Shown: positions 25,116 to 36,736 of the stretch, piece after piece | Numbering within the stretch: the first letter of the stretch is position 1 | How the letters are laid out: each line of letters begins with the position of its first letter | DNA from: Marsupella aquatica | Lineage: Eukaryota; Plantae; Marchantiophyta | Direction of reading: 5' to 3' | Assembly (NCBI GenBank): GCA_973895155.1 | Contig: OZ316895.1 | Location: 492,335 to 556,334, forward strand | Length of the DNA: 64,000 nt | The notes under the pieces: generated by a model | What the model was told of the DNA's origin: nothing | Seen by the model: the letters and a program-made list of their open reading frames with translations, nothing else | Database searches by the model: none | Translations under genes and position numbers: made by a program

Positions 25116-26332
25116 GAATGGGCTCACCAATTAAAGTCTCCATATCCGTCTACACATTGTGAGGCTTCTAAAAACGGTATGTAGGTTAATTTTCGTTTTT
25201 GTCAGCCATTGTGTTGTATTTTTGGACTGAGACAATCCTAATCCAAAGTTCACTTTTGGTCTTTTCTCTGAGAATGGTGTTTGGTGCACTTGCAGAATCG
25301 AGACCTGGTCCCGTCAAGCGGAAGTTGCTGATTTTGGACCTTAATAAAATACTTTGGGATTCTATTGAATTCCAAAGCAAGGGCACATCCAGGAATATTG
25401 TCACCTCAAGTGGAGTGCATTGGGATAGAAAAAATGGTATTAGTCGCATGTATACAGAACGACCAGGGCTCCATGAGTTTCTAAAGTTGGTTTTTGACAG
25501 ATTTGACGTTGCAATTTGGACTTGTGCTGGGGTAGAACGAACAGTGAAAATGCTGAACATGATGTTCACTGTTGAGGAGCGGTTGAAACTTAAGTTTGTA
25601 TTCACACAGGTGGAAGCCTTTGACACAGGCATTCAAAGGCGTGACATTACAAACGGAAAGGCAAATGTGCTACTGAAGGATTTTCAGGTGGTATGGAATG
25701 CATTTGGAAATCTATATGATGAAACCAACACCCTCCTTGTGGATGACTCCCCCCTTAAGGCATTTGCCAACCCAGACATGACCAGATTATTTCCAGTGCC
25801 CTACACGCATGCCAATCGTGGAGATAATTTTCTTCTAGCAATTCTTTGGCCATGTCTTGAGAAACTATCACATGCAAGTGACATTCGATGTTATCTTCTT
25901 CTCAACTCTCCAAAGTGGTCTCTTTTGCACATGAAGAGAGACAAGGCAAAAAATGAGATTACTTATGATCAACTTAGCAAGAGATTTGCAGCAAAAATTT
26001 GGAAGTCACAGTTTACACATAGTGTGTTGGACCTCAACAGTAATGAGATCCCTTGGAATGTAAAGCACCGTATATGTAGTTTACGTCCTGAGGTGGAACT
26101 TGACAATGCACTTGTCAACTCACTTGCTAAATCATTTTTAGGAAAGGACTATTCAGGTCCATATAGAGAAAATCCCAGACACTTTTTGCGGGAGATTATA
26201 GCCATTAGGAACAACACCACCAGATTTCAACTCCCTGAAAATAAAGGGAGTTGCAACCGTGACAATAGGGTAGATAGGAAAGGAGACAGGGGCACATGCT
26301 CAAATACACATTGTAGGGAGCACTTGGTTTAG
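25116..26332 (+). CDS. FCP1/NIF-homology HAD-superfamily phosphatase-like protein with a Cys/His-rich C-terminus (5' end uncertain)
   Basis: LLILDLNKIL (HAD motif I, DLN variant), RPGLHEFLKLVFDRFDVAIWT, LLKD, NTLLVDDSPLK. Main exon 25296-26332, plus an in-phase small exon at about 25116-25176. Confidence 0.8.
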
Positions 26333-26584
26333 ATATTTAATTGACTTGTGTTAAGCCCCTTGGATAGTACTAGAAATATGTTCGTATTCAATGTAAATTT
26401 GCAGATAATTGTATAAAGATATTTTATAATCTATTTGGAATGATGTTATTTTGTTCACAGAATATCTGGTCCTTAAATGGGGATGAAATAACTTTATAAG
26501 TTTTTATCCTCCATTTCTATGTGAGTTATTAAATAATATAACATGTATTATTTATTAATATAATATTAATGTGATTTGGCCTAT

Positions 26585-27030
26585 AAAGTGTACATTTAGA
26601 GACACAAAAGTGTACATTTGGGTGTCTTGAAGTGTACATTTGGGGCCATGAAAGTGTACATTTCAAGACTCATTTGTGAACAAAAGAAAATACACTTTTA
26701 ATGAATAGGTTGATATAAGCAACTACCGCAATGCATATGTTAGAAGCATTTTATTTGATATTTGCAGTGGACAACTACACACGGTAGTTTCATGCACTTA
26801 TCTAGGTGAATCATGCACTATGAGGGTACACACGTAATTTCATGCACTTACCCAGATGAATCATGCACTATGAGGGTTTGGGGAATGAGGAGTTTAATGT
26901 GCACGACCTCACAAGACATATGCAGACGTGCAGAACCCATCTCACATGCACTCATTGGAAAGTACAACTTGCACATATGGATAAGTGCATGAAAGACATC
27001 TCATGCACTTATGAGATACTAGTGCATAAG
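26585..27030. repeat. Right subterminal repeats of the DNA transposon
   Basis: 4x AAGTGTACATTT (26585-26664); a 50-bp tandem pair (about 26776-26876); several ATGCACTTA/TAAGTGCAT motifs that mirror those at 11002-11026. Confidence 0.85.
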
Positions 27031-27077
27031 TTGGATAAGTACAGGTTTGGGGTGTCTTCCCGGGAGACACGATAGAT

Positions 27078-29832
27078 TGTAAGAATCTGATATCTTGAAT
27101 ATATCGAATGAATGCCAAGTGAAGGCAAGGGCCCCACATAAATACAAGTCTGAGAGTTCAACGGATTTGAACAAGATCCATCAAGGGATAGAAGCAAAAG
27201 GCCTATTAATCAATCTATGGTGGGAGATACAATGTACATCTAGATCTAACAAACAAAGTAATCACTAGCGGACAATGCACCGGGTATACCAGAGGAGTGG
27301 GGCAGGACAAACGGAAGAGTGGAGTTGATCCTCAGTGAGATCACAAATGATGCTTTGGCACTTGGAAGTGCAGAGCCAAGTAACTTCCTATCTAAGGCTA
27401 AGTTATTGTCAACACCCTCCCTCACTCTAAGTGCTAAAGTGATCTGAAGCAGTGGAAGACGATGGTCCTTACAAAAGTGCAGTGGCAGATCCGGATGACA
27501 TGGTCCTCTTGGATTTACATAGATATCTGGTTGATGTTAACAAGCTTAAGAAAGGTGGTGCGTTTGTTGGATCAAAAGCTTGAGCAGCTTCAATGGAGAC
27601 TAGCAAAGAAGACTTGCCTTGAAGTAGAGCCAAAAGAAAGTAAGCAAATTTTGAGGCTCGTGACGGATAGTATTGTGAAAAGTCATATTCTCACAAAGTT
27701 GAGAATATAGGTTGGGCCATCTGAGTTGATGTCCTATTGGTGCATCAATAAAGCATATAGAAGAGTGGGCAGAGATGCTCTAAAGCATACAAAAGAGCGG
27801 GCAGCCTTCAAATGGGTGAAATGAGAAGTGTTGAATGGAAACTAGTATAAGTCCCAGCAATAACAGATTTGTAGGTACTGGCTCAATCTTCATGATATAC
27901 GGGACAAGATCAAAAATCAAGAGATCTAATTACAGACAAGATCAAAAATCAAGATCGTCCCGTATATCATGAAGATTGAGCCAGTACCTACAAATCTGGC
28001 TTAATATACGAGACGAGATCAAAAATCAGATCTTTATGTCATAATTAGACAGCTTATTGGGCGCTGGAAGATAGGACCATGTACTCTAATTTGGTAGAAG
28101 ATTTGCTGGTAGTAGCTTGGCGCTTGCTGTGCCAACAAATGGGGCTATCGCCAAGTGTTAAAATGTAAGCCCCAATGGATCTGCGAGTGGTAGGGTAGGT
28201 AGCCCAATCCGCATCAGTGTAAACAGAGAGAGTGAGAGGGCTCTGCGACGGTAAAAATTCCATAGTGAGTAGTGTGCTTGAGGTATCAAAATATGTGTGT
28301 TAGTGGCCTGCATGTGATCTTCCCGAGGATCTTGCATAAATCTACTGACGAGACCAACAACAAAGGATAAGTCCGGACGGGTGTTGGTGGGACAAATGAT
28401 TTTTCCTACCATCCTATAGTATAGATGGGCATCGACAGGAGGAGCTGAAGAGTCAATGAATAGAGATAACGGTGTCAGTCGATAAGGGAGTGAGAGCAGG
28501 GGTGCAAGAACTCATGTTGAATTCATTGAGGATCTTGATCTTCAACTCACAGTAGCTATGTTGATGTATGGTGATGCCAGCTGTGGATGTATCAAATTCA
28601 ATGCCCAAATATTTCTGAATGCAGCCAAGGTCCTTCATGCTGAAATGTTTGCAGAGTTCAGCTTGGTGTGAAGCAATGACGTCGTCGTTGCTGCCAGTGA
28701 TATAAAAATCATCCACATGAGTAAGGAGTATAGTCAGGTCCTTACCAACACAAATTTGGTAGAGATTGTTGTCAAGCATGCTACATGACCAACCAAGCTT
28801 TGTAAGAAGAGCATGTAAGGTGTCGTACCATGCTTTGGAGGATTGCCGAAGGCCATAAAGGGAATTGTTAAGGAGGCATACAAGATGTTCCTATCCACGG
28901 AGGTGATGACCAGGAGGTTGTTGCATACAAATCTTTTCATGAACCTTGTTGTGAAGAAACGTTGTATCAACATCCATGTGAATAATACTCCAACCGTGAG
29001 AAGCAACAATGGCAGTGCTGGTGCAAAGAGTGGCCCATTTGACCACCGGAGCAAAAGTTTCAAAATAATAAATGCCATGCTTTTGATAGTTGTCTTTGGC
29101 AACAAGGCGAGCTTCAAGGCAAGCATGAGTAGCAGAGATGGACTTCCGTTTGAAAATCCACATAGACTGTATGGCCTCTTTACCAAGAGGTAATTCCACC
29201 AGAGACCAAGTGTTAGTTTTATGAATGGAATCAAGTTCTTCTTCCATAGCGGCAGACCAACCTGGATGTAATAGGGCCTGTTTGAGAGAAACATTATCAT
29301 TTTGATAGAAGGGTCATCAGTTTCAACAGTGCAGCCAAAATTTCCAGAGCGAGTTCCAGAGGAGGCGGCTGAGCATGAAACCCAAGAAGTTGAGAGTTGT
29401 GAGAACAAAGTCTGCCAGAACGTCGTTTGCCTGTAGCCACCGAAACAATTGGAGCTGGGTCCGGAACAGCAACAGCACTAGTATCAGCCAGTTGATCTGG
29501 CTCTGATACCTTGTAAGAATCTGATATCTTGAATATATTGAATGAATGCCAAGTGAAGGCGAGGGCCCCACATAAATACAAGTCTGAGAGTCCAATGGAA
29601 CAAGATCCATCAAGGGACAGAAGCAAAAGGCCTATCAATCTATGCTAGGAGATACAATGTACGTCTAATAGACAAAGTAATCACTAGCTGACAATGCGCC
29701 GGGGATACCGGAGGAGTGGGGCAGGTTAAATGGAAGAGTGGAGCTGATCTCAATGAGATCACAAATGATGTTTTGGCACTTGGAAATGCAGAGCCAAGTA
29801 ACTTCCTATCTAAGGCTAAGTTATTGTCAACA
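27078..29832 (-). mobile_element. Internally deleted, degenerate Ty1/Copia LTR retrotransposon inserted in the right TIR of the DNA transposon
   Basis: LTRs 27078-27414 and 29512-29832 (TGTAAG...CAACA); Met-tRNA-type PBS (ggctctgatacc) next to 29512; PPT (ccctccctcactc) next to 27414; RT fragments (MEEELDSIHKTNTWSLVELP, ARLVAK, HVDDF, TRPDLSF) and RNase H fragment (YTDADWA); no gag or integrase; AGAT flanks both sides. Confidence 0.92.
27864..27998. repeat. Perfect 42-bp inverted repeat with a 51-nt spacer inside the Copia
   Basis: 27864-27905 is the exact reverse complement of 27957-27998. Confidence 0.95.
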
Positions 29833-31978
29833 AGATTGTATAGACAAGCCCAACTTCTGTGAGCTGCACATTATTGTCAAGAATAATGATGTTGATTAGG
29901 AGTGTTGTCCAGCACAAGTGTGATGGCCAGTGTGATGTGCAGGCAGTCAAACATTGCGAGGAGGTCAGCGAGTCGGCCTGGCAACTGCATTTCAAGGAAC
30001 ATGCGAGTTGTGAGGAGTGATGAGTTGGGTGTGGAAAAGGCGACGGGGAAGGTGCATCTCATCATTAGTAAAAAATGTCACCATAATCAAATTGCTAGAG
30101 AGTAATCTTGCTAGAGTGACATTTTGTAATCAGACCAAGAGAAAAGAAAGAGGAGGATTTGCAGATTGTGGTCATTGAATCATCTGATCTAACTATGTTC
30201 GCCAGGGAAAAGCTGTGGGAAAAGGGGGAGTTTGTTACTTGGACAAACAGAAATACAATAACACTTTTACATTTGACCAATAGGGAAATGAAACAAAATT
30301 GACCAATTATGATCCAAACACTAACCCCGCAAAATGATAGACAAATTAAGCTGGAAACGTTGGGCAAGGGGGCCACCGAGTAATCAATTGGGAAAATATT
30401 TTGGATGAACCACAATATTTGATCTCATGACTCCTTTGATGAACCAAACACTTTTAAACATTAATAAAAGTGTTAGCTAATGTTTCAATTCAGTTCAGGT
30501 CACAATGGTCCGTCCCTTCTAAGTAGAAATCTTGTGCTATGGCTCATTGGCTGGAGTATTCCAAGTATTTATTCGGAAGCTTAGCAACAGAGACCAGAAA
30601 TATCCACTTTAGGGGCCAGATCGCCATGATGAAGCAGTGGGATCTGAACAATATTATGACTTTTTCTATAAAGAGGCCACATGCAATTAGAAATCCTACC
30701 ATGGGTTTTTAATTACCTATTGGAAGAAATCATTGAAGCTAGCTCCATGGGTTTCTAATTACCAACTGGAAGAAATCATTGAAGCTAGCTGAAGGGTAGT
30801 GGAGTACAGTAGATAAGGCAAGTTGTGTCAAAAGACTTAGGAGATAAGGCCTAGCTGCTTGTATATCTTTTTGGGTTCTTTCCTACACATGGCATGAGTG
30901 ACATGATTTGAATTCCAGTGGGGGAACATCTTTGGAGATTCAGAGCGTGGGCGTGTACAGGCCCTGCATTGGAACTTCTTGATGCAATTCTTGTGACCCC
31001 GTAAATGACAACAAGGGTTCATTCTTGACAATCACGAACATCGTGAGCGTGTACTCCTGGGCCTGCATTGGAACTGTTTGATACAGGATTGTGATGCCCG
31101 AGCTAAAGGTGCCTTGATAGCCTCAAAGCAGTAGGTTTGTTTTTATTATATGGAAAGGATCAAGGCGTAAAGTAACCAAAAGATAGAGAAAGCTGGAGTT
31201 CAGCGTGCATCTGCATCTCACCCCTTGGTCATGCCTCATTTGGCTTGGTCTCTTTTCCAATGAGTAAAATGTTTGAACAAATAGCTCAGGCTTCATAATC
31301 GCAGTCCCAAAATCTACATGAAGACTGTCGCAGTACCAGCTGACCCATCTTTAAAATGCCAACAAGACTCAATGACATAATCTTGTAAATCTAGCATTGT
31401 CGAATCTAGCGGATTCAGAAGTTCAATACACTATCCACACCCCAAACATTAACCTGTTTCCTATGTTTGCTATCGACAACCAATCAATTTTACTACGCAA
31501 ACCGAAATTCTCAAATCACCACCTACTGTACGCAATACACAATATGTATTTTTGAGAGATTGCTGTTGTTTCTCCAGCCAAATCTCTTGAGATGTCTTCG
31601 TTAATACTTGAGACAACTGAAAGGCATCAAAAGTTCAGACTTCCTTGTGTCTCGGCTCTCCTTTTGTTATCTTTATTATACATTCCCGATTGACCCACCT
31701 ACATCAGGAAAAAATTGGTTCGACTGGGCCATAAGTTAGAAGTGCTCTCAATACAAATTCGCTCGGAACTTACCACAGAATTGGGAACTTAGGACACATA
31801 CTTAAGTAGGTGCACGCCCTCTACATAGACTACGCCGTACTCTCAACGTTACACCAAAGCTTCAGAATGGGCAACATCAAGATCTCTAGAACCTGTTCGC
31901 TCTTATCTGTGTCTCTTCTAATGCATGCTGAATAATTTCCACAAAATTGAATGATTTTTTCTACAACGAATATTTTGT

Positions 31979-34900
31979 CTATCGATGCCTTTTCCTTTTG
32001 GTCACAGAAGTGGCGGCCTGAGCATCTTTCCTCTTCGCAGACGCCTTGTCCTTGTCAAGTGTAATCGGATCAATAATTACTCCTGAACTTTTGATCACCT
32101 GCATGAGGACCATAAGTCAGCCACCACGAACAGACTATCGGACCAAACGACCTCGAATACTGCGTCCCTATCAACCAACGTAAACTTCAAGATTATCCTC
32201 CATAAAGTAACTGCCATATCGTAGTCATTTGCGAGAACGTAACACCCATCATAGGACTACTGGAAACTTACAGCTGGACGAGTCATGTCGCGAAAAGCCT
32301 TATCGGTATTAAAATCACGGCCAATTGGTTGGCGAATACTCCTCTCAAACACCTCTCTCGACGAGAAAGGAAATGGGACTGACGGAGCAGTGTATTTTGC
32401 AGCCTAATTCCCACAAGGAGCCAACCCGAAAATTAATCAAAAGATTGTGATGAGAGCTCATAATAGCAATTAGTCACACTACCACATATCATTCAGCTTT
32501 AAATACTCGCTCTTGAACAACGGAACTGGAAAATAATTGAAAAGAAACTGCCCAAAGCACTGATAAAGTTACACCAAGAGCCTATGGTATATAATCAAAC
32601 AGTCGATGTCTCACAAACCTTCTTATCCAGCTTTTCACTTATAATGACATGCTTCATTTGTGCATCCTTCCTCTTGCTCAGGGCGTTGTCTCGTTTGGTT
32701 TTCACTAGCTGTTGCTCCTTCAAAAGCCATGCTGGCTGACCTCTTATTTTCTGAACATGTGTCCACTGACCCCACCCCGGCAAGCTGACCGGGCCTTCTC
32801 CCAAGGGTACCTCTTCATCGAGGACTTGAGATTTGACTTTTTCAAACTCTGCTTCAACATCGTCTCCTGCAAATGCCTGCCTTATTAAGTCCTGCTGAGA
32901 CCCACTGGCATCTAGCAGGCCAAGCTGTCGGTTTTCATCATCACTATCATCGTCACTGAAGGTGCTTTGAGTCACACCCTCATGGGTTGAAAGTCCGTTA
33001 GGGGCTGTATCAGGCTTTTTTATTTGGCTCGGAATTTCCACCAGAACTCCTTTGCTCAAAGGTTTTCTTTGAGAACCAGCAATGGAAACTTCCACTTTCT
33101 TTGCAGGTACAGTTTCCACACCAGAATACGAGATTCTCCCATTCTGTGTAATTCCACCTATATGGCGACTTTCAGTTTGATGCTGGGCCTCTAGTCCATT
33201 GCTGTTTTCGATACGATTCGCTGTTCTTGAGGAATTTATCTTGCCAGGGGTCGATGATTTGTCTGTAGTAACTTTTGCTTTTGTAGACTTGTCAGGCAAC
33301 TCCTCTTCGGATTCTTCACCGCTGTTATCATCAGCGACATCGTCAAGTTCACCAGGTGTTTGCCTCCTCCCAACCCTTGCATTTGACTGTTTTGATTCCC
33401 CAAATGAAATTCTCCCAGATGTTGTTGCTTCATTTACGTGCCCATTTTGACTTCTTGAATAGTCATCATCCAACCCAAGAATGGTCCCGTCTTGTTCTGC
33501 TTGCTCGAGTTGCTCAAGAATCGCCATGGCTTCATTTTGAGCAGACTTCTTCTTCTTCTCAATAGCTCGTGCCTGTAGGGGAGCAGAGAATATGACTCAT
33601 TTAAACGAATTATGTTCACTAAACTAAAGAGGTTCAATTTCCATAATCACAAATACCTTGTTTTTCACAAAGAGATCGTATATCCAACAAGCTCGCCTTA
33701 AACTTAACTTCTACTTCATTTCCTCACTGGGAACTTTCTTACGGTACTCACCATGAAAGGAAGGGAAAACAACCCTGAGGAGGGAAGGTCTTCTTCATCG
33801 CCCTCTTCTAACGCTTTCAATGTCGCCACTTTAGCTTTGGCTAAAACCTTCGATTTTGCATTTCCTTCCAAAACTAAGCCAGTGATAGCGTTCTCCGCCT
33901 CTTCCTCACTATCGCTTGATGCCTCATCGCTATCACTCAGGTTCGCTGAGTGAATTTTTCTAGTCAACGCAGCATGAGTTCGAAGTTGTTCAGCTATTGC
34001 ATCTCTGGTGCCGTCATTCTCTGATGCGTTCAAGCCCCTCTTTAAAATTCTCCTGGCCCAACGTGAGCTATTCTTGTGCTTGAGTGTCATGCGTTCCTGT
34101 AGATGCAGGTAAACGACGATCAAGGCGAGACAAGCTTAGAGACGGAACGCCTAATTCTCACTAAAGCTTAAACCAGAAGTCTGACAATCATCCCAGTAAA
34201 TTCAACGTAGGGTCATGGAGCGTTGAATTTGAATCTATGAGACTTATTTGTTAAATGCTAGAATGAAGCCGAGTAAAGATATCAACACTGACTGAAGAAA
34301 CCAAGTTAAAGACTACGGGTATTCAGTTGGGTCATCTGGCAGGAACATTGTACTAGAACTTCTATGAGTCTCTGTTGATAGATCAGAGTGGGAGCACCAA
34401 TAATAGAGAGTCAAAAAATATATTCGGTCTGAAGTAGATTATTCATTAGTACTAGAGAGATAGCACATCCGGAACCCTTCTTTCGCCTTGTGCTAAAGAG
34501 GTTGTCCAACTTACTTGAGCTCTATTGAACTCCCGTTTGATTGCTGCTGCTTTAGATGCTTCTGGGTCTGCCCCCGCAATTGCAGCATCAACATCCGCTT
34601 TGGATTTTTGGTCTTTCTGAAGCAACCTGTGAAACGCTTTTGATTTTATCTTTTTCAGTCGCTTTGATTTAACTTCGTGTCGAAATAAAAGGTTTCGCAT
34701 TTTTGCCAATCTTTCCTGGCGCTCTCGCACTTCCTCAACCGTCAACTGAAGTCACAAATGAAGAGTTCTGGTATAAGTTGCAGTTCTGTTTTCCATTAAG
34801 CCAGCTATATAGACAAAATAGTCAGTGGTATGTGCAGCATCCGGTGTACTGTTCAGACTCGCTGTAAAACTGACTTTGTAATCGCAAGTCAAAAGTATGA

Positions 34901-36736
34901 CAAAGCAGTTGGCAGTCTGCACAAATAATTCTAGACTTCTGCACCGATCACCTTGTGCTACATAGTGAAATGCTCTAAAGAAAATTAAAAATACAACAAC
35001 GCTTTGCCAGTGATAATGACCGGAGATGGTACTGACAAAAAGAGGGACCCGAAATCATGCATGGGGCAGGAGGACAAACCTTGTTTAGCTCGAGCGCCTC
35101 AGCTGCTTCCACGTCCTGCGCCTCTGCAAGCTTACTCTCACGAAGTAGGGAATGTACTTCTTTTTCTAAATCGGTTGTAGGTTTAAAACTGGCAGCTAGA
35201 GAGGCAGTGGAAAGTGAGGGAGCAGGTTCGTGTTTATTGAAGACGATGGTGGGTGCTTCTCGATTCATCTTCACTGTTGATTGCCACTTCGTAATGTCCT
35301 CACTCGTCTTCTGGTAACCTGCCTTCCTGTTTAACCTATCCTGAATTACTTTTGGCAAGGGGGCTTCTAAAGGGGCACCCCTCTTCTGCAGTTGCTCCAT
35401 CCTCTTGCGAATTGTACCAAACCCAGCCGTATCCTGCAACGGTGTCATGAGATCCTCGACAGTGATGCCGGATTTGCCATTTATATTTCCAGAGGATGGA
35501 TTCAGGTTGAACTCTGATTCAGGATAAGCCTCCGAAAACACACGTTCCTTCCCTCGTCTTCCTTCTCTATCTGCAACGAGTTCCACACGTCCGCGAAGGT
35601 CAAATCTCCACATAACGATTCAAGAAGAATAAGTAAGGTTGATAGCTCGCCAAATATTACATACCTGGCCTTCCGATTTCCGACTTCCCTGTAACAGCCT
35701 CAATCATTCGACTATGCCTCCCCTCGTCATCGTCCTCATCGTCACTTTCTTCGTCTTCTTCTTCTTCTTCTTCTTCTCCTTCTCCTTCGGACTTGTCAGA
35801 GCTCTTGCCTTCCGCCTGCTCTTCCTCGTCATCCTCCATGTCCTCATCATCCTCGTCAAGATCCTCGTCTTTGTCATCCTCGTCTTCATCATCACTATCT
35901 TCATCGCTGTTCAGGTCTATTTCCTTGATCTTCTTCTTCGTTACTTTTTGAACTACAGCGTCATCGTCATCACCACCGAATGCTGTATCCTCGTCAATTT
36001 CCTCATCCTAAGTAGAAAATTGGGCAGAAAGCAGACAAAACAACCATCAGATAGTACCCCTAAATAGTTGCAATAGCATTCACAGGTCATAACACAACAG
36101 TTCAGTCATCGCTGGACCCATCCCAAAGACTGCCGTAAGGCGTATAGAAGCAAAGAATTCGCTGACGCATTGAGCAAAGTTCTCTTCCGAGATTAGGGAC
36201 ATCTAGCCGTAGTTTGTAGGGCTTCGTTGATGAGCTGAATGAACCTAAGAATATCTTCTTTCGGTCTTAGCTAACCCACAAAGTTTCACACTTGTCCTCT
36301 CAACTTTGGTCTATCTCTATCCTACAACATTTCGTCTTCAATATGATCTCTTTTCGAATTTCCGGAACAATAATTTAGGTCACATTCTTCTTACTCATGT
36401 TGAACCAGTCATGTGAGGCGGATCACGCATTGAAAGATAAAGCGCAACAGTTACCTCAAAATCCGATGGCAGCTCATACTCCAAATGGTCCACATCATCA
36501 AATCGCTTATTCTTTCGTCGTTCCTCTTCCGGAACTCCCTCCTCATATTCATAAACATCCCCTTCAATTTCTTCGGTGTCCTCTTTATTCTCCGACTCTC
36601 TCCGCCGCTCCTCCGACTGTCCAATTGCCTTCAGCAAGGTCGAGGCAAGCCCTCCAGAGCCCCTTGTCAATCTCATATTCTTCCCACCTCGTCGCTGCTT
36701 TCTCCCCCCACCCTTCAAAGCTGGATCCTTCCCCAT
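31979..36736 (-). CDS. UTP14: U3 snoRNA-associated protein 14 (SSU processome), about 8 coding exons
   Basis: Exons at about 36736-36455, 36008-35663 (acidic), 35570-35081 (APLPKVIQDRLNRKAGY, KWQ), 34744-34517 (KSKRLKKIKSKAFH), 34096-33752 (ERMTLKHKNSSRWA, GLFSLPFM), 33572-32620 (AFAGDDV, LPGWGQW), 32403-32273 (PFPFSSREVFERSIRQPIG), 32098-31979; probable 5'-UTR exon ending near 37270. Confidence 0.93.

Larger units (their letters stand above)
10989..29838. mobile_element. Large cargo-bearing cut-and-paste DNA transposon (Sola1/DUF7869-like), about 13.6 kb after removing the nested LINE and Copia
   Basis: Left end is TATA(10985-10988)+CAGGCTATCGTG. Right end, rebuilt by excising the Copia, is CACGATAGATTG+TATA(29839-29842): a 10/12 TIR match with a TATA duplication. 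A perfect 21-bp internal inverted repeat pairs 13607-13627 with 26689-26709. TAAGTGCAT/ATGCACTTA motifs and AAAGTGTACATTTG arrays occur at both ends. Confidence 0.8.

Noticed and set aside
19925-26332. Bacterial contamination or prophage as the source of the ParB-MTase
   Set aside because: The genes have spliceosomal introns, sit within TIRs, and are interleaved with plant LINE/Copia elements and plant genes.
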